In this document: piece after piece, positions 22,098 to 32,832 of the stretch
Layout: each line of letters starts with the position of its first letter
How positions within the stretch are numbered: position 1 is the stretch's first letter
NCBI GenBank assembly: GCA_963664305.2
Contig: CAXXLV010000001.1
Span: forward strand, 896,001 to 960,000
Direction: 5' to 3'
DNA: 64,000 nt
Source of the DNA: an uncultured Aliarcobacter sp.
Lineage (GTDB): Bacteria > Campylobacterota > Campylobacteria > Campylobacterales > Arcobacteraceae
Notes under the pieces: generated by a model
Seen by the model: only the letters and a program-made list of their open reading frames with translations
Database searches by the model: none
Told to the model about the DNA's origin: nothing
Program-made: the position numbers and the translations under genes

Positions 22098-22910
22098 TTA
22101 TTTTTTTTCTAAAATTGTATTTAAAGCTAGTTTTGTATTTTCCCATCTATTTTGAGCATTTAACATAACAAGTAAAATATCTTTTTTATCTTTTTTAGCT
22201 CTTGCAATTAAACAAGGTCCAGCTTGATTTGTATATCCAGTTTTTACACCAATTACATATTTATCTCTATCTAACATTTTATTACTTGTATGAACTCTGT
22301 ATAATCTTTTTGTGTTAACTGCTGTAAAAGCATAAGAGTTCTTTTTTACAATAGCGTTAAAAGTTGAATTTTTGATTGCGTATTCTGTAAGTTTTAATAA
22401 ATCATTTGCAGTTGTTTTATGGTTTTTAGAATCAAATCCACAAGGATTTTCAAAATTTGTACTTGCCATTCCAAGTTTTTTTGCTCTCCAGTTCATCATA
22501 CCAACAAATTTTTGTTTATCACCATTTCCAAGGTAAATCGCAATGGCAGTTGCTGCATCATTTGCAGATTTTATAAGTGCAGCGTGAACTAAATCTTTTA
22601 AATAAAATTTTTCACCAACTTTAAAATTTAAAATTGTTGGTTCTACTTTTTTCATCTCTGCTGTAATAGTTACAACATTATTCATTTTTCCACTTTCAAT
22701 TGCAAGAATTGCTGTCATGATTTTAGTAAGACTTGCTGGTCTAACTGCTTGATTTGCATCTTTTTGAAAAATTGTTTTTTTACTGTTTAAGTCTTTTACA
22801 ATTATAGAGTCTAAATCTTTTTCGATTTTTTGAAATACCTTTGTATCATTATAAGAAAAAGCCATTGATGGAATAAAAAGAATAAGAAAAAGAGAAAGAA
22901 TAAACTTCAT
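22098..22910 (-). CDS. D-alanyl-D-alanine carboxypeptidase (peptidase S11)
   Basis: PASLTKIMT, SANDA, KTGYT; start moved to ATG 22910 (signal peptide, AGGTG SD). Confidence 0.93.
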   Translation of the reverse strand: MKFILSLFLILFIPSMAFSYNDTKVFQKIEKDLDSIIVKDLNSKKTIFQKDANQAVRPASLTKIMTAILAIESGKMNNVVTITAEMKKVEPTILNFKVGEKFYLKDLVHAALIKSANDAATAIAIYLGNGDKQKFVGMMNWRAKKLGMASTNFENPCGFDSKNHKTTANDLLKLTEYAIKNSTFNAIVKKNSYAFTAVNTKRLYRVHTSNKMLDRDKYVIGVKTGYTNQAGPCLIARAKKDKKDILLVMLNAQNRWENTKLALNTILEKK

Positions 22911-23003
22911 TAATACACCTGTTTTAAGAATTTGATTTTGAAAAGAAAAAATTTTCAATAAAATTATATTCAAATTTGCCTTTCTTTTCATAAAAGAAAT
23001 TGA

Positions 23004-23753
23004 TTATTTATCATGTAATGCGAAAGCTTTTGTATTTCTTTGTTTTTTTAGTTCCATATCTATAAATTCACCAATTAAATCTTGTTTTTTATTTGTTGCA
23101 AGAGTTATTTTTCTTTTAACTGGACGATGTTCATATATTAAAAAATTTGCTTCATACATAGAAAGTCTAATTGGTGTTGCTATTGCATAAGAACTCATGA
23201 TAAAACTATCTTTACAAAGTTTGTAAATATCATCAAAATACTCTTTTGTCCAAAGTTCAAAGTTTACATCACTAGAAAAGGCATCTTGGTAAACAATGTC
23301 AAAAGAGTTTGGTTTTAAATTTTTTATATAATCTCTTGCATCTCCTATAAAAACTTCTATTTTGATTTTTTCATCTTCATATTTAGAAGTTTGTGAAATA
23401 GAATCTATAATATGTTTTATATTTTCAAACTCTTTTGGAAAAGGAAAATCTTTTAAAGATTTAATCAAATTCCCATCAAGTTCAGGTGAATAAAAATTTA
23501 GTTTTATATCAAGATTATTTTTCAAACAATAATAAATTGTAGAAAAAGTGTTATATCCAATCCCAAAACAAATATCTAAAATAGTTAGCTCTTTTTTGTT
23601 TTGATGAAATGTAAAAGTAGGGATTATATGTTTTGTTAAAGCTTCATTTATAGCACCATCATCAGGATTGTGATAGTGTTGGTTATAAAATTGTGAAAAA
23701 AGTGTATTTGAACCATCTTTTGTAGAAACTATTGAGTTTATATTATCTTGCAA
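23004..23753 (-). CDS. mnmD: MnmD/MnmC-type tRNA mnm5s2U methyltransferase domain protein
   Basis: DGSNTLFS..YNQHYH, LDICFGIGYN, QDAFS, ELWT. Confidence 0.82.
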   Translation of the reverse strand: MQDNINSIVSTKDGSNTLFSQFYNQHYHNPDDGAINEALTKHIIPTFTFHQNKKELTILDICFGIGYNTFSTIYYCLKNNLDIKLNFYSPELDGNLIKSLKDFPFPKEFENIKHIIDSISQTSKYEDEKIKIEVFIGDARDYIKNLKPNSFDIVYQDAFSSDVNFELWTKEYFDDIYKLCKDSFIMSSYAIATPIRLSMYEANFLIYEHRPVKRKITLATNKKQDLIGEFIDMELKKQRNTKAFALHDK

Positions 23754-23768
23754 GATTAATTTTCCAAC

Positions 23769-24212
23769 TTATAAACCATTGTCCCAATGGTGCATTTTTT
23801 TTGCAGTAAAAATATAAACATCATCAAAAAGGTCAATACAATTTGGTGCTTGAAATCCTATATTTTCTAATAAATCTAAAATCTCATATCTATTGTCATT
23901 TGATATTTTTTCAAGGATGATTATATTTCCAGAATTTTCTAAAGCTTTATACATAAGTTTTAAAATCTCTTCTTGATTTTTACAATATGAAATAATATCA
24001 CCTAAGATTATGTATTCAAACTCTCTTGCTGTTGCTTTTAGTTTGGCACTTGAATCATCTAAAAAAGGAATATATTTTATATGTCCTTGATTTTTTTCTT
24101 TGATTTCTTCTAATGTAGAATCAACCAAACCTAAAGAGTTATCTATATGTAAAATAGCTATATTTGTATAATCGCTAAATAACTCTTTAAAAAGATTTAG
24201 TTTTTCTTGCAC
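23769..24212 (-). CDS. Hypothetical protein, possibly a degenerate methyltransferase fold
   Basis: FEYIIL...YKALENSGNIIILE resembles MTase strands; GTG start; no glycine-rich motif I. Confidence 0.6.
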   Translation of the reverse strand: MQEKLNLFKELFSDYTNIAILHIDNSLGLVDSTLEEIKEKNQGHIKYIPFLDDSSAKLKATAREFEYIILGDIISYCKNQEEILKLMYKALENSGNIIILEKISNDNRYEILDLLENIGFQAPNCIDLFDDVYIFTAKKMHHWDNGL

Positions 24213-24215
24213 TTT

Positions 24216-24731
24216 TTAGTTTCCTAAAGATTTTAGTTTATCTTCAGATAAATATAATTTTTCGTTTGACATAACACCAATATCTGCTTTTAAAATATCT
24301 CTTGCAATATCTTTTGCTTCATCAAGTGAGTGCATTGCACATGTTCCACATTGAAAAATATTTAATTCTGGAATATCATTTTGTTTTTCAACTTTTAAAA
24401 CATCTTCCATAGCTTTTTTCCAAGCAACGGCAACTTCTTGTTCACTTGGAGTTCCAATTAAACTCATATAAAAACCAGTTCTACAACCCATAGGAGAAAC
24501 ATCGATGATTTCAACTTTGTCAGAGTTTAGATGATTTCTAATAAAACCAGCAAAAAGATGCTCTAATGTGTGAATACCTTTTTCACTCATCATTGATTCA
24601 TTTGGTACACAAAATCTTAAATCAAAAACTGTGATATTGTCACCTTTTGGAGTTTGCATTGTTTTTGCAACTCTAACAGCAGGTGCAGGCATAATCGTAT
24701 GGTCAACTCTAAAACTATCTAATAATGGCAT
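24216..24731 (-). CDS. luxS: S-ribosylhomocysteine lyase
   Basis: [25 protein letters not shown]. Confidence 0.98.
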   Translation of the reverse strand: MPLLDSFRVDHTIMPAPAVRVAKTMQTPKGDNITVFDLRFCVPNESMMSEKGIHTLEHLFAGFIRNHLNSDKVEIIDVSPMGCRTGFYMSLIGTPSEQEVAVAWKKAMEDVLKVEKQNDIPELNIFQCGTCAMHSLDEAKDIARDILKADIGVMSNEKLYLSEDKLKSLGN

Positions 24732-24839
24732 AATAATTTCCTTTTATATTGTATAAATCTAATAAATATTTTTTAAATAAGTGTTGATTGTATCAAAAGT
24801 TTTATGAATAGGTGATAAGAAATAATTTAAGAAAATTGT

Positions 24840-25517
24840 CTATATAGATTTTAGTTCTAGTTTATATCCCATTCCTGAATAGTTTTTTATGATGTTTTTA
24901 TTTGTCTTTTTTCTCAAATCTCTTATCAAAGATTTCAGTGCAGCATTTGTACATTCATTATTCCAAATGTGATACTTTAATTCTTCGTAAGTTATTACTC
25001 TTCCTTGGTTTTGAATGAGTAGATTCATTAGTAAACTCTCTTTTTTATTTAAAACAAAAGATTCATTGTTTTTTATGATACTTTGAGTTTGAAAGTTAAA
25101 AAAGATATTGTTTAGTAATTTGAAATTACTATAGATTCTTCTTTCTATGATTTCCATACATTTATTTAAAGCTTGAAGTAAAATTTCATTGTCAAATGGT
25201 TTTGTGATATATTTTGTAATATAAAGTTCTAATAATTCTGTTAGAAACTGATTGTTTTTGTTGTTTGATAAAACAACAAATGCAGTTTTTATATCATCTT
25301 TTCTAATCTCAATTAAAAAATCGATAATATCTCTATTTTCAAAATCACTTTCTATTATGATTAAACAAGGAGATTGTTTTAGGTATTGTTGTTTAGCTTC
25401 AATTATTGTTGAACTACTTGTAACTTTATTTACAGTGTTACAAAGAAAAGAAAAAAGTTCCTCATCTTTGTTTTGATTATCCATGATATAAAGTACAGAT
25501 AAATCACTTAATTCCAT
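24840..25517 (-). CDS. OmpR-family response regulator with atypical receiver
   Basis: YITKPF and a winged-helix C-terminus (LRKK...GMGYKL); Glu at the apparent phospho-Asp site. Confidence 0.85.
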   Translation of the reverse strand: MELSDLSVLYIMDNQNKDEELFSFLCNTVNKVTSSSTIIEAKQQYLKQSPCLIIIESDFENRDIIDFLIEIRKDDIKTAFVVLSNNKNNQFLTELLELYITKYITKPFDNEILLQALNKCMEIIERRIYSNFKLLNNIFFNFQTQSIIKNNESFVLNKKESLLMNLLIQNQGRVITYEELKYHIWNNECTNAALKSLIRDLRKKTNKNIIKNYSGMGYKLELKSI

Positions 25518-25525
25518 TTATTACC

Positions 25526-26086
25526 CTATATTAATTTTAAAATCTCATCAGTAGTTTCAACTTTTGCATAGGCAAATTGAAGTGCTGCCATTGATACAGC
25601 ATGGGAAATTGACGCATCAATTTTCATACCATTAAATTCTATATCACTTGTTGCACATGCATCATGGGCAACAAAACAGTTATATCCAAAATCACTAGCT
25701 GCTCTTGTAACCGCAGTAACACACATATAAGACATCGCTCCAACTATAATAACATTTGTAATATTAGAATCATCCAATATCTCTTTTAGCTTAGTATCTT
25801 TAAATGAATTTACACTATGTTTTAAAACTTGTGATTCATTTTCTTTTGGAGTTAGTGAATCATGAATTTTTGCACCTTGTGAGTTTGGAGCAAAAAATGG
25901 AGGATTTTCTGTATTAAATTCATGTTTTACATGAATTATTTTCATGTCTTTTTCTCTAAATTTGTTTAATAATTTTAAGGCATTAAAAGCAGCTTCTTCT
26001 GTATTTTTTAATTTCCATTTAGCATTTTCAAAGCTTTCAAAGTAGTCATTTTGTAAATCAATCAATAGTAATGCCGTATTTTCCAT
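25526..26086 (-). CDS. Isochorismatase-family cysteine hydrolase
   Basis: ALLLIDLQNDY, K..VNSF, MCV...RAA.D.GY. Confidence 0.92.
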   Translation of the reverse strand: MENTALLLIDLQNDYFESFENAKWKLKNTEEAAFNALKLLNKFREKDMKIIHVKHEFNTENPPFFAPNSQGAKIHDSLTPKENESQVLKHSVNSFKDTKLKEILDDSNITNVIIVGAMSYMCVTAVTRAASDFGYNCFVAHDACATSDIEFNGMKIDASISHAVSMAALQFAYAKVETTDEILKLI

Positions 26087-26158
26087 AATATTTTCCTTCT
26101 TTTAATTTATTGGAAAGTATATAAATTTATTGAAGGAAAAAAGAGGGATTAAAATAAA

Positions 26159-26554
26159 TTAGATGGTTGATTTATAATTTTCAAGTAGTTTTCTTAGGTG
26201 CTTTGTGGCTTGAATTTTTTGATAATATGTAAAAATTACAATAAAAATAATTCCAATTCCATAGGTAAAAGGAATAGCAAGTATTAATAAAATGGCTAAA
26301 ATAAGTGTATCGTGAAGTTCTGCATTTATTAAAACTTGAGATGATTTATCTTTTTTGTTTGTTGAAATTGTGATATTTAGGTTGTATCTTAAATATGTAT
26401 TTATATTGCATTTTGGTATAGATAAACTCTCTTTTTCTATTTTTGTTTCATACTCTTTGTCTTTTAGAAACTGCTTTTTTACGAACTCAAATAAAGATTT
26501 GTTTCCTTCTTTTAGATTTATCTCTTCTTGAAACTCTACATCAAACATACCCAT
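26159..26554 (-). CDS. Hypothetical membrane protein
   Basis: C-terminal hydrophobic hairpin; AAGG SD. Confidence 0.65.
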   Translation of the reverse strand: MGMFDVEFQEEINLKEGNKSLFEFVKKQFLKDKEYETKIEKESLSIPKCNINTYLRYNLNITISTNKKDKSSQVLINAELHDTLILAILLILAIPFTYGIGIIFIVIFTYYQKIQATKHLRKLLENYKSTI

Positions 26555-26651
26555 AAATAGCCTTTTTTATTTTGAGTATAACAAAAAAATGAAAATGAAT
26601 AAGATGTTATTTGTATATAAAATAATCTATTGTATAAAAAAGTAAAGAAAG

Positions 26652-26678
26652 CTAGATTTGATATAAAATCAAATCTAG
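26652..26678 (-). terminator. Intrinsic terminator
   Basis: CTAGATTTGAT-ATAAA-ATCAAATCTAG with a T-rich tail on the minus strand. Confidence 0.7.
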
Positions 26679-26690
26679 GCTATCCAATTT

Positions 26691-27233
26691 CTAAAGACCA
26701 AAAGTTACCAAAAGTTCTGAATCTTCTATTTTTACATCTTTTACAAAAGAGCCTTTGAAAGATAATTTATCAATTTTATAAACTGGAATTGTGTTGAAAA
26801 TATTATCAACGATTGGTTTTGTATTTGCTACAACATTATCTAAAATAGTTTTATCAATATTTAGATTTGTCATTTTTAACTCATCTAATTCTATATCTTT
26901 TAGGTAAATTGCTGATTTTTCTTTATCAAAATATGGTATTCCACTAAAAGTTAGAGTTCCATTTGAGTTTGGTATAAAAATAGCAGAGATATTTAGATTT
27001 ATATTTGCACTTAGTCTATTTGTTCCATCTTTTATAAATAGATGAGGTTTTTGAAGTTCCATATTTGCAACTACAAAATCTTGTCTTATTGGAAACTCTT
27101 GTGAAAAGTTGTTTAGTTCACTCTCTTGAACTTTTAAAGTCAATCCATCACCATCAAATTTTTTTATACATCCTACAAAAAATAGAAGAGAAAATAAAAC
27201 CAATAATACTTGAAGCTTTTTTTGAAGATACAT
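26691..27233 (-). CDS. Lipoprotein, DUF1439/YceB-like
   Basis: Lipobox FVGC; P.FDKEKSAIYL and PVYK patterns. Confidence 0.72.
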   Translation of the reverse strand: MYLQKKLQVLLVLFSLLFFVGCIKKFDGDGLTLKVQESELNNFSQEFPIRQDFVVANMELQKPHLFIKDGTNRLSANINLNISAIFIPNSNGTLTFSGIPYFDKEKSAIYLKDIELDELKMTNLNIDKTILDNVVANTKPIVDNIFNTIPVYKIDKLSFKGSFVKDVKIEDSELLVTFGL

Positions 27234-27300
27234 TTTTTACCTTTTATTTAAAATTGTGAAATTTTACAAAGATAAATAAAAAGTTAGCTTTGATATGAAC

Positions 27301-27657
27301 TTAGTTCATACCAAGATTTTTTCTAACCATTGCTTTATATGCTTTCATATCATCTCTAATCATTGTTGGAATAATCTCTTCTTTACAAGCATGAACGATA
27401 TTTGCAAATTCTGGTTTTGAATAAATTGTATTTCTATCTCTTGCTAGGATTATTAGTTGATTTACATCATCATCTAAAGATATATCACTTCTATCGCAGA
27501 TTGCGTCATAAACATTGAAAAAAACTTCTCTATCGTGTGAACTCATTTGACAACTATCATCTAACATTTTAAGAGCTAGTTTTGAAGCATATTCTATTTG
27601 TATTGGTTCAAAATTAAAAGTTGTTGCCCACTCATAAGCTTTTTTAAAATAATCCAT
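27301..27657 (-). CDS. Hypothetical protein
   Basis: AGGAG SD, 10 nt after the upstream gene. Confidence 0.75.
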   Translation of the reverse strand: MDYFKKAYEWATTFNFEPIQIEYASKLALKMLDDSCQMSSHDREVFFNVYDAICDRSDISLDDDVNQLIILARDRNTIYSKPEFANIVHACKEEIIPTMIRDDMKAYKAMVRKNLGMN

Positions 27658-27667
27658 TTTTTCTCCT

Positions 27668-28231
27668 TTAGTCCATATATGGTATATCTAAGTTTGCATC
27701 TCTATCACTTGCAGTAAAATCAAAGTCACTATTAATTGGAAGTTTTAAAAGATTTTTTTCCAAAACTTTGATTTGTAATTTGTGGTAGTTGTTTGTATTT
27801 ATATTTCTTTCTATTTCATTTTTATAAAAACTAAGAATTATTGAGTGAATTTGTTCTTGTTTCTCTAGTAATTCAGCCAAAAATGAGTTTAGTTTTGAAA
27901 TATCAAAATCAGAAATTTTTGGTAATTTTCTTATGAGATTTCTAACAAACTGTTTTTGATGATAACCTTCACTCATAGTCAAAAGTTTTGAAGCAGCATA
28001 CATATCAGCTTCATTTCCTGAATAATTATATGAATATCTAAAGTGGTCACAAACAATCTCTATATATTTTGGATAGTGTTTTAAAACAAAAACTAACTCT
28101 TTCAAATCTCCATCAATTAAAACTTGAAATAGAGTTGCTGTTCGTTTTTCTATTTTATCCCAGTGATTGCCTTGTTCTTTAAATTCACCAAGAAAGCGTT
28201 CATAGTTTTCTAATTTTTCTTTTTCATTCAT
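27668..28231 (-). CDS. Hypothetical protein
   Basis: 187-aa ORF; TATAAT about 19 nt upstream of ATG. Confidence 0.75.
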   Translation of the reverse strand: MNEKEKLENYERFLGEFKEQGNHWDKIEKRTATLFQVLIDGDLKELVFVLKHYPKYIEIVCDHFRYSYNYSGNEADMYAASKLLTMSEGYHQKQFVRNLIRKLPKISDFDISKLNSFLAELLEKQEQIHSIILSFYKNEIERNINTNNYHKLQIKVLEKNLLKLPINSDFDFTASDRDANLDIPYMD

Positions 28232-28337
28232 AAATTTTTAATATGCAAGTATTATACCTTTGTAAACTATTTGACATAGGGCAAACTTTGGGATAAAATC
28301 TAAACTTAAATAATTTTTGAAAGGATAAATTGTTGTT

Positions 28338-29450
28338 ATGTTAGATGATTATTTTAAGATAGAAGATTTAGACAACAACACTTTAGAACTTTTTTTATTC
28401 AATTCTTGGAATAAAACAAATTTAACACAAATAATTCAAAAATTAGAAAAACTAACTATAAATAAAGAATCAAAAATATCTGTAGATTTCAAAGATTTAA
28501 TAGATTGTGATAGCTCAGCCATAATCTATCTAATCTCATTTTTAAAAAACTTTCAAAAAGAGAATATAACTTTTAAGAATTTTGATAAATATGAAAAGAT
28601 TTATACTTTTTATGAAAAACATTATCAAGATGAAGCTTTTGAAGAAAAAGATGAGAATAAATTTTTTGAAAATGTCGGTAAAAAAGCTTATGAATTGTAT
28701 CTTTCAACAATTCATTTTCTAACTTTTGTTGGAAAAGTTTTTTATTTTTTACTATATTCACTTTTAAATCCAAAAAAAATTAGATTTAAAGCGATGTTAA
28801 AATATATGGATACATCAGCTGTAAATGCACTTTTAATAGTTGCAGTTACCTCATTTTTAGTGGGTGTGGTAATCGCTTATCAAGGTAGTGTACAACTTGA
28901 AAAATTTGGTGCAAATATATTTATCGTTGAGATGATTAGTATAACTATGTTTAGGGAAATTGCTCCACTTGTAACTGCTATTGTAATAGCCGGGCGAAGT
29001 GCTAGTGCATATACAGCAGAAATTGGAGCTATGAAAATAACAGAAGAGATAGATGCTATGAGAACTATGAACTTTGAGCCGACACTTTTTTTAACGCTTC
29101 CTAGAATTTTAGCTTTATCTATTTCTTTGCCTTTATTGGTTTTTTTTGCTGATGTAATTGGTATTTTGGGAGGAATGGTTATAGCTTATACTAGTTTAGA
29201 TGTTTCATTCGTAGAGTTTATAACTAGACTTGGAAATGAAGTTCCAGTAAAACATTTTATTATGGGAGTCTTTAAAGCTATATTTTTTGGATTTGCAATT
29301 GCAATTATTGGATGTTATCGAGGATTTCAAGTGCAAAACAATACAACAAGTATAGGAAAATATACAACAATAAGTGTTGTAAATTCTATTTTTGTTGTGA
29401 TTTTAATAGATGCTGTTTTCTCTGTAATTTTTACAGAAATGGGAATATAA
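28338..29450 (+). CDS. mlaE: MlaE-family ABC permease with N-terminal STAS-like region
   Basis: REIAPLVTAIVIAGRSAS..TAEIGAMKITEEIDA. Confidence 0.92.
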   Translation: MLDDYFKIEDLDNNTLELFLFNSWNKTNLTQIIQKLEKLTINKESKISVDFKDLIDCDSSAIIYLISFLKNFQKENITFKNFDKYEKIYTFYEKHYQDEAFEEKDENKFFENVGKKAYELYLSTIHFLTFVGKVFYFLLYSLLNPKKIRFKAMLKYMDTSAVNALLIVAVTSFLVGVVIAYQGSVQLEKFGANIFIVEMISITMFREIAPLVTAIVIAGRSASAYTAEIGAMKITEEIDAMRTMNFEPTLFLTLPRILALSISLPLLVFFADVIGILGGMVIAYTSLDVSFVEFITRLGNEVPVKHFIMGVFKAIFFGFAIAIIGCYRGFQVQNNTTSIGKYTTISVVNSIFVVILIDAVFSVIFTEMGI

Positions 29451-30188
29451 ATGAAAATCATAAAAGTAGAAAATTTAACTACCGCTTTTGGAGATAATCT
29501 TGTACATAATAATATTTCATTTGATGTAAACGAAGGTGAAATATTTGGTGTATTAGGTGGAAGTGGTTCTGGAAAAAGTGTATTGGTAAAACAGATTGTA
29601 ATGTTAAATCAAATCCAAAAAGGAACGATAAAAATATTTGATAGGGATATTTCAAAACTATCTTTACAAGAGATTCAAGAATTAAAACTTCAATACTCAT
29701 ATCTTTTCCAATTTGGGGCTTTATACTCTTTTTTAAATGTGATTGAAAATATTTCTGTAATGTTAAAAGAGTATACAAATTTACCAAGGGATTTGATAGA
29801 AAAGATTGCCTATACAAACTTAGATATAGTTGGACTTCCAAAAAGTACAGCAAAACTCTATCCAAGTGAGCTTAGTGGTGGAATGAAAAAAAGAGTAGCA
29901 CTTGCAAGAAGTTTAGCAATGCAACCAAAAATCTTATTTTTAGATGAACCTACAAGCGGGTTAGACCCAGCAAGTACACAAAAAATAAATGAACTTTTGC
30001 TTTATTTAAAAAATAGTTTAAATATTACTATAGTAATAATAACCCATGATTTAGAGACTATTAAAACTGTACTTGATAGATTTATTATAATCAAAAAAGA
30101 TATAATCTTTGATGGAAATATAGATGAAGCACTAAAATCACAAGATGAATTTATCAAAGATTTCTTATCAAATAAAAAGGCTACATAA
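29451..30188 (+). CDS. mlaF: MlaF-type ABC ATP-binding protein
   Basis: GGSGSGKS, LSGGMKKRVALAR, DEPTSGLD. Confidence 0.92.
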   Translation: MKIIKVENLTTAFGDNLVHNNISFDVNEGEIFGVLGGSGSGKSVLVKQIVMLNQIQKGTIKIFDRDISKLSLQEIQELKLQYSYLFQFGALYSFLNVIENISVMLKEYTNLPRDLIEKIAYTNLDIVGLPKSTAKLYPSELSGGMKKRVALARSLAMQPKILFLDEPTSGLDPASTQKINELLLYLKNSLNITIVIITHDLETIKTVLDRFIIIKKDIIFDGNIDEALKSQDEFIKDFLSNKKAT

Positions 30189-31108
30189 TGGATACAAAAA
30201 TTAATTTTTTTAAAATAGGAGTATTTATAAGTGCTCTATTTATTTTTCTTGTTATGGCTATTTTTTGGTTAGGGAAATATGGTTTAGAAGATAAAAAGTA
30301 TGATGAATACTCAATCTTTTTTATGGAATCAGTTTCAGGACTAAATGTAGGTTCAGCTATAAAATATATGGGATTTCAAGTTGGAAATGTAAGTGAGATA
30401 AAAATAAATCCTAAAAATTCAGAAGAGATACAAATAGATATTCAAATCCAAAAAGGAACACCAATCAAAGAAGACAATTATGCAATATTAGGAAATGTTG
30501 GTATAACTGGATTAAAATATATTGAGTTAAAAGGTGGAAGCAATGATTCAAAACTTTTAGCTGCAAATGAAAAAGGAATAAAAGTAATTAAATCAAAAAC
30601 TTCAGCTCTTACAACTTTTGTTGATTCAACAGAAGATATCACAAAAGAAGTAATGATACTTTTAACACAAATGAAAAAAGTTTTAAATGATGAGAATATC
30701 TCAACTTTTTCATCACTTTTAAATAAAAGTGAAAAGAGTATGACAAATATTGAAGAGATAAGTTCATATTTAGTTGAAAATCAAAAGAAGTTTGATGAGG
30801 TTATGAAAGGAATTACTGAGTTTTCAAAAAAAGGTGGAACTTCTTTTGATACGATGAAAAATACTGCAAATGACTTTAGTAAATTATCAAAAGAGTTGCA
30901 ACGAGAAATTAACAATGGAAATTATAATTTAAAAGAGATAACTCAAGATAGTTTTGATAATTTAAATAGTGTTTTAAAAAGTTTAGAAAATAGTTTACTT
31001 CAAATGCAAGATTTAATAAATAGTATAAATGAAAGTCCAAGTGATTTAATACTAAAACAAAAAAGCATAAAATATGGACCAGGGGAAGAAGATGACAAAA
31101 CAAAGTAA
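30188..31108 (+). CDS. MCE/MlaD domain protein
   Basis: TM helix, ESVSGL.VGS.IKY.G..VG.V, long helical tail. Confidence 0.9.
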   Translation: MDTKINFFKIGVFISALFIFLVMAIFWLGKYGLEDKKYDEYSIFFMESVSGLNVGSAIKYMGFQVGNVSEIKINPKNSEEIQIDIQIQKGTPIKEDNYAILGNVGITGLKYIELKGGSNDSKLLAANEKGIKVIKSKTSALTTFVDSTEDITKEVMILLTQMKKVLNDENISTFSSLLNKSEKSMTNIEEISSYLVENQKKFDEVMKGITEFSKKGGTSFDTMKNTANDFSKLSKELQREINNGNYNLKEITQDSFDNLNSVLKSLENSLLQMQDLINSINESPSDLILKQKSIKYGPGEEDDKTK

Positions 31109-31679
31109 TAGGATTTTAATTTTTATATTTTTGATTATATTTACTGGATGTGATTTAAAACAAAATAGTATAGACATAAATCATTATTCAATAGATTTTA
31201 AATCAAAAGAGATAGTTAAAAAAACAAAACTGGAATCAATTTTTATTGAAGAACCCAATGTAAATAAAAGTTTTAATCTTACATCTATTTTCTATAACAC
31301 AAAACCATATTTATTTGAAGAATATGCAAAAAATAGATGGATAAATGTACCTAGTAATATGATTTATAATCAGTTATTAGACTCTTTTAATTCAAGTAAA
31401 CTTTTTACAAATGTAATCTCTAAAGATTCTAAATTAGAACATAAATACAATTTAAAAACAGATATTATAAAACTTTATCATAGTTTTGAAAATGACAAAT
31501 CTTATGCAATTTTAAAAATCAAATTTGATTTAATTGAAGATAAAAAAGTTATAAAATCATACAGTTATGACAAAAAAGTTTTATGTAAAACAAATGATGC
31601 TTATGGATTTGTAGAGGCTTTAAATAAAAGTTTTGAAGAAGTTGTAAATTATTTACTAAACAACTTCTCTCTTATCTAA
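31092..31679 (+). CDS. ABC transport auxiliary lipoprotein (PqiC-like)
   Basis: Lipobox FTGC, YAKNRW...P; last gene of the MCE operon. Confidence 0.8.
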   Translation: MTKQSNRILIFIFLIIFTGCDLKQNSIDINHYSIDFKSKEIVKKTKLESIFIEEPNVNKSFNLTSIFYNTKPYLFEEYAKNRWINVPSNMIYNQLLDSFNSSKLFTNVISKDSKLEHKYNLKTDIIKLYHSFENDKSYAILKIKFDLIEDKKVIKSYSYDKKVLCKTNDAYGFVEALNKSFEEVVNYLLNNFSLI

Positions 31680-32711
31680 TCTTTTTGCAATCATTGGAGC
31701 AATATTCATAACTATTAAAAGTCTTACAATATGATGTAAGGTGATAAAAGGAAGATTTGCTCCTACTAATATAGCAATTAAGTTTATCTCAGATTGACCT
31801 CCTGGTCCATATGCTAATAAAATAGAAAGAATAGGGAAGTCAAAAAGATTATATGTAATAGAGATAAATACTGCACATAAAATCACTAAAATTATAAAAT
31901 GTCCTAAAGTTGAAAATAGGGTTTTTGCAATAGTTTGAAGACTTACTCCTTTAAAAGTAAATCCAATAATTGTTCCGAATACAACTTGAATAAATTTTAA
32001 AAACTCATCAGGAACTGGTGTGTGAATAAGTCCTGTTGAATGAACAGCAATACTAATTAACATTGGTCCCATTAGATATGCAGCTGTTAGTTTTACTTTT
32101 TTAGCAACAATTGCTCCAATATATCCCAAAAGAATTAAAACAGATAATTCAAATAAATCTATATTTTTAAGAGGAATAGTTATTAGTTTATTTCCACTTA
32201 TGTCAATTTGAAAGATATATTGAATAACAAAAGGTAAAGTAACAACTACAAAAAATAATCTTGAACTTTGCATCAAAGTTATCTTTGAAATATTTGCTTT
32301 TATCTCTTCACCAATAATTACCATCTCTATAACACCACCTGGCATTGAGCCTAAATAAGAGGTTTTGATATCATAATTTAGAAATCTATGATAATAATAT
32401 GTCCCACAAATTATAGTTAAAATAGTAAATGGAATTACAAGTAATAAAGAAAAGAAATAAACATCAATATAATCTAATATTTCTGGTGTAAAGGCACTTC
32501 CTATTGTAAGACCTATAAATATCCTAGCAGGTGGAGAAAAAGTTTTTGGACTCTGAATTGGAAGTTTTTCAAATCTCATGGCAATTGATGAAGCAAAAAT
32601 AGCTCCTAAAAGCCAAGGAAGTGGTAAATGCAAATATATAAATAAAATTGAACCACAAACACCTATAAAAAGTGCAAGTAACATTTTCAAGATGATTTGC
32701 ATATTTATCAT
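31656..32711 (-). CDS. AbrB (AidB regulator) family membrane protein
   Basis: LPLPWLLG, IG..IGSAFT, MPGG..EM, repeated PGG..E. Confidence 0.85.
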   Translation of the reverse strand: MINMQIILKMLLALFIGVCGSILFIYLHLPLPWLLGAIFASSIAMRFEKLPIQSPKTFSPPARIFIGLTIGSAFTPEILDYIDVYFFSLLLVIPFTILTIICGTYYYHRFLNYDIKTSYLGSMPGGVIEMVIIGEEIKANISKITLMQSSRLFFVVVTLPFVIQYIFQIDISGNKLITIPLKNIDLFELSVLILLGYIGAIVAKKVKLTAAYLMGPMLISIAVHSTGLIHTPVPDEFLKFIQVVFGTIIGFTFKGVSLQTIAKTLFSTLGHFIILVILCAVFISITYNLFDFPILSILLAYGPGGQSEINLIAILVGANLPFITLHHIVRLLIVMNIAPMIAKRLDKREVV

Positions 32712-32801
32712 TAAAAGCCTAAGATTTTTTTGTTTGTAGTATATTATGATTGGTTTAAAGTTTCAACTTTTATGAGGAAAATTGAAATTTTTAGGAGGTA
32801 A

Positions 32802-32826
32802 TTGTCCTAGAAAGTATCTAGGACAA
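32802..32826 (-). terminator. Hairpin after the por operon
   Basis: TTGTCCTAGA-AAGTA-TCTAGGACAA. Confidence 0.65.
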
Positions 32827-32832
32827 CTATTT

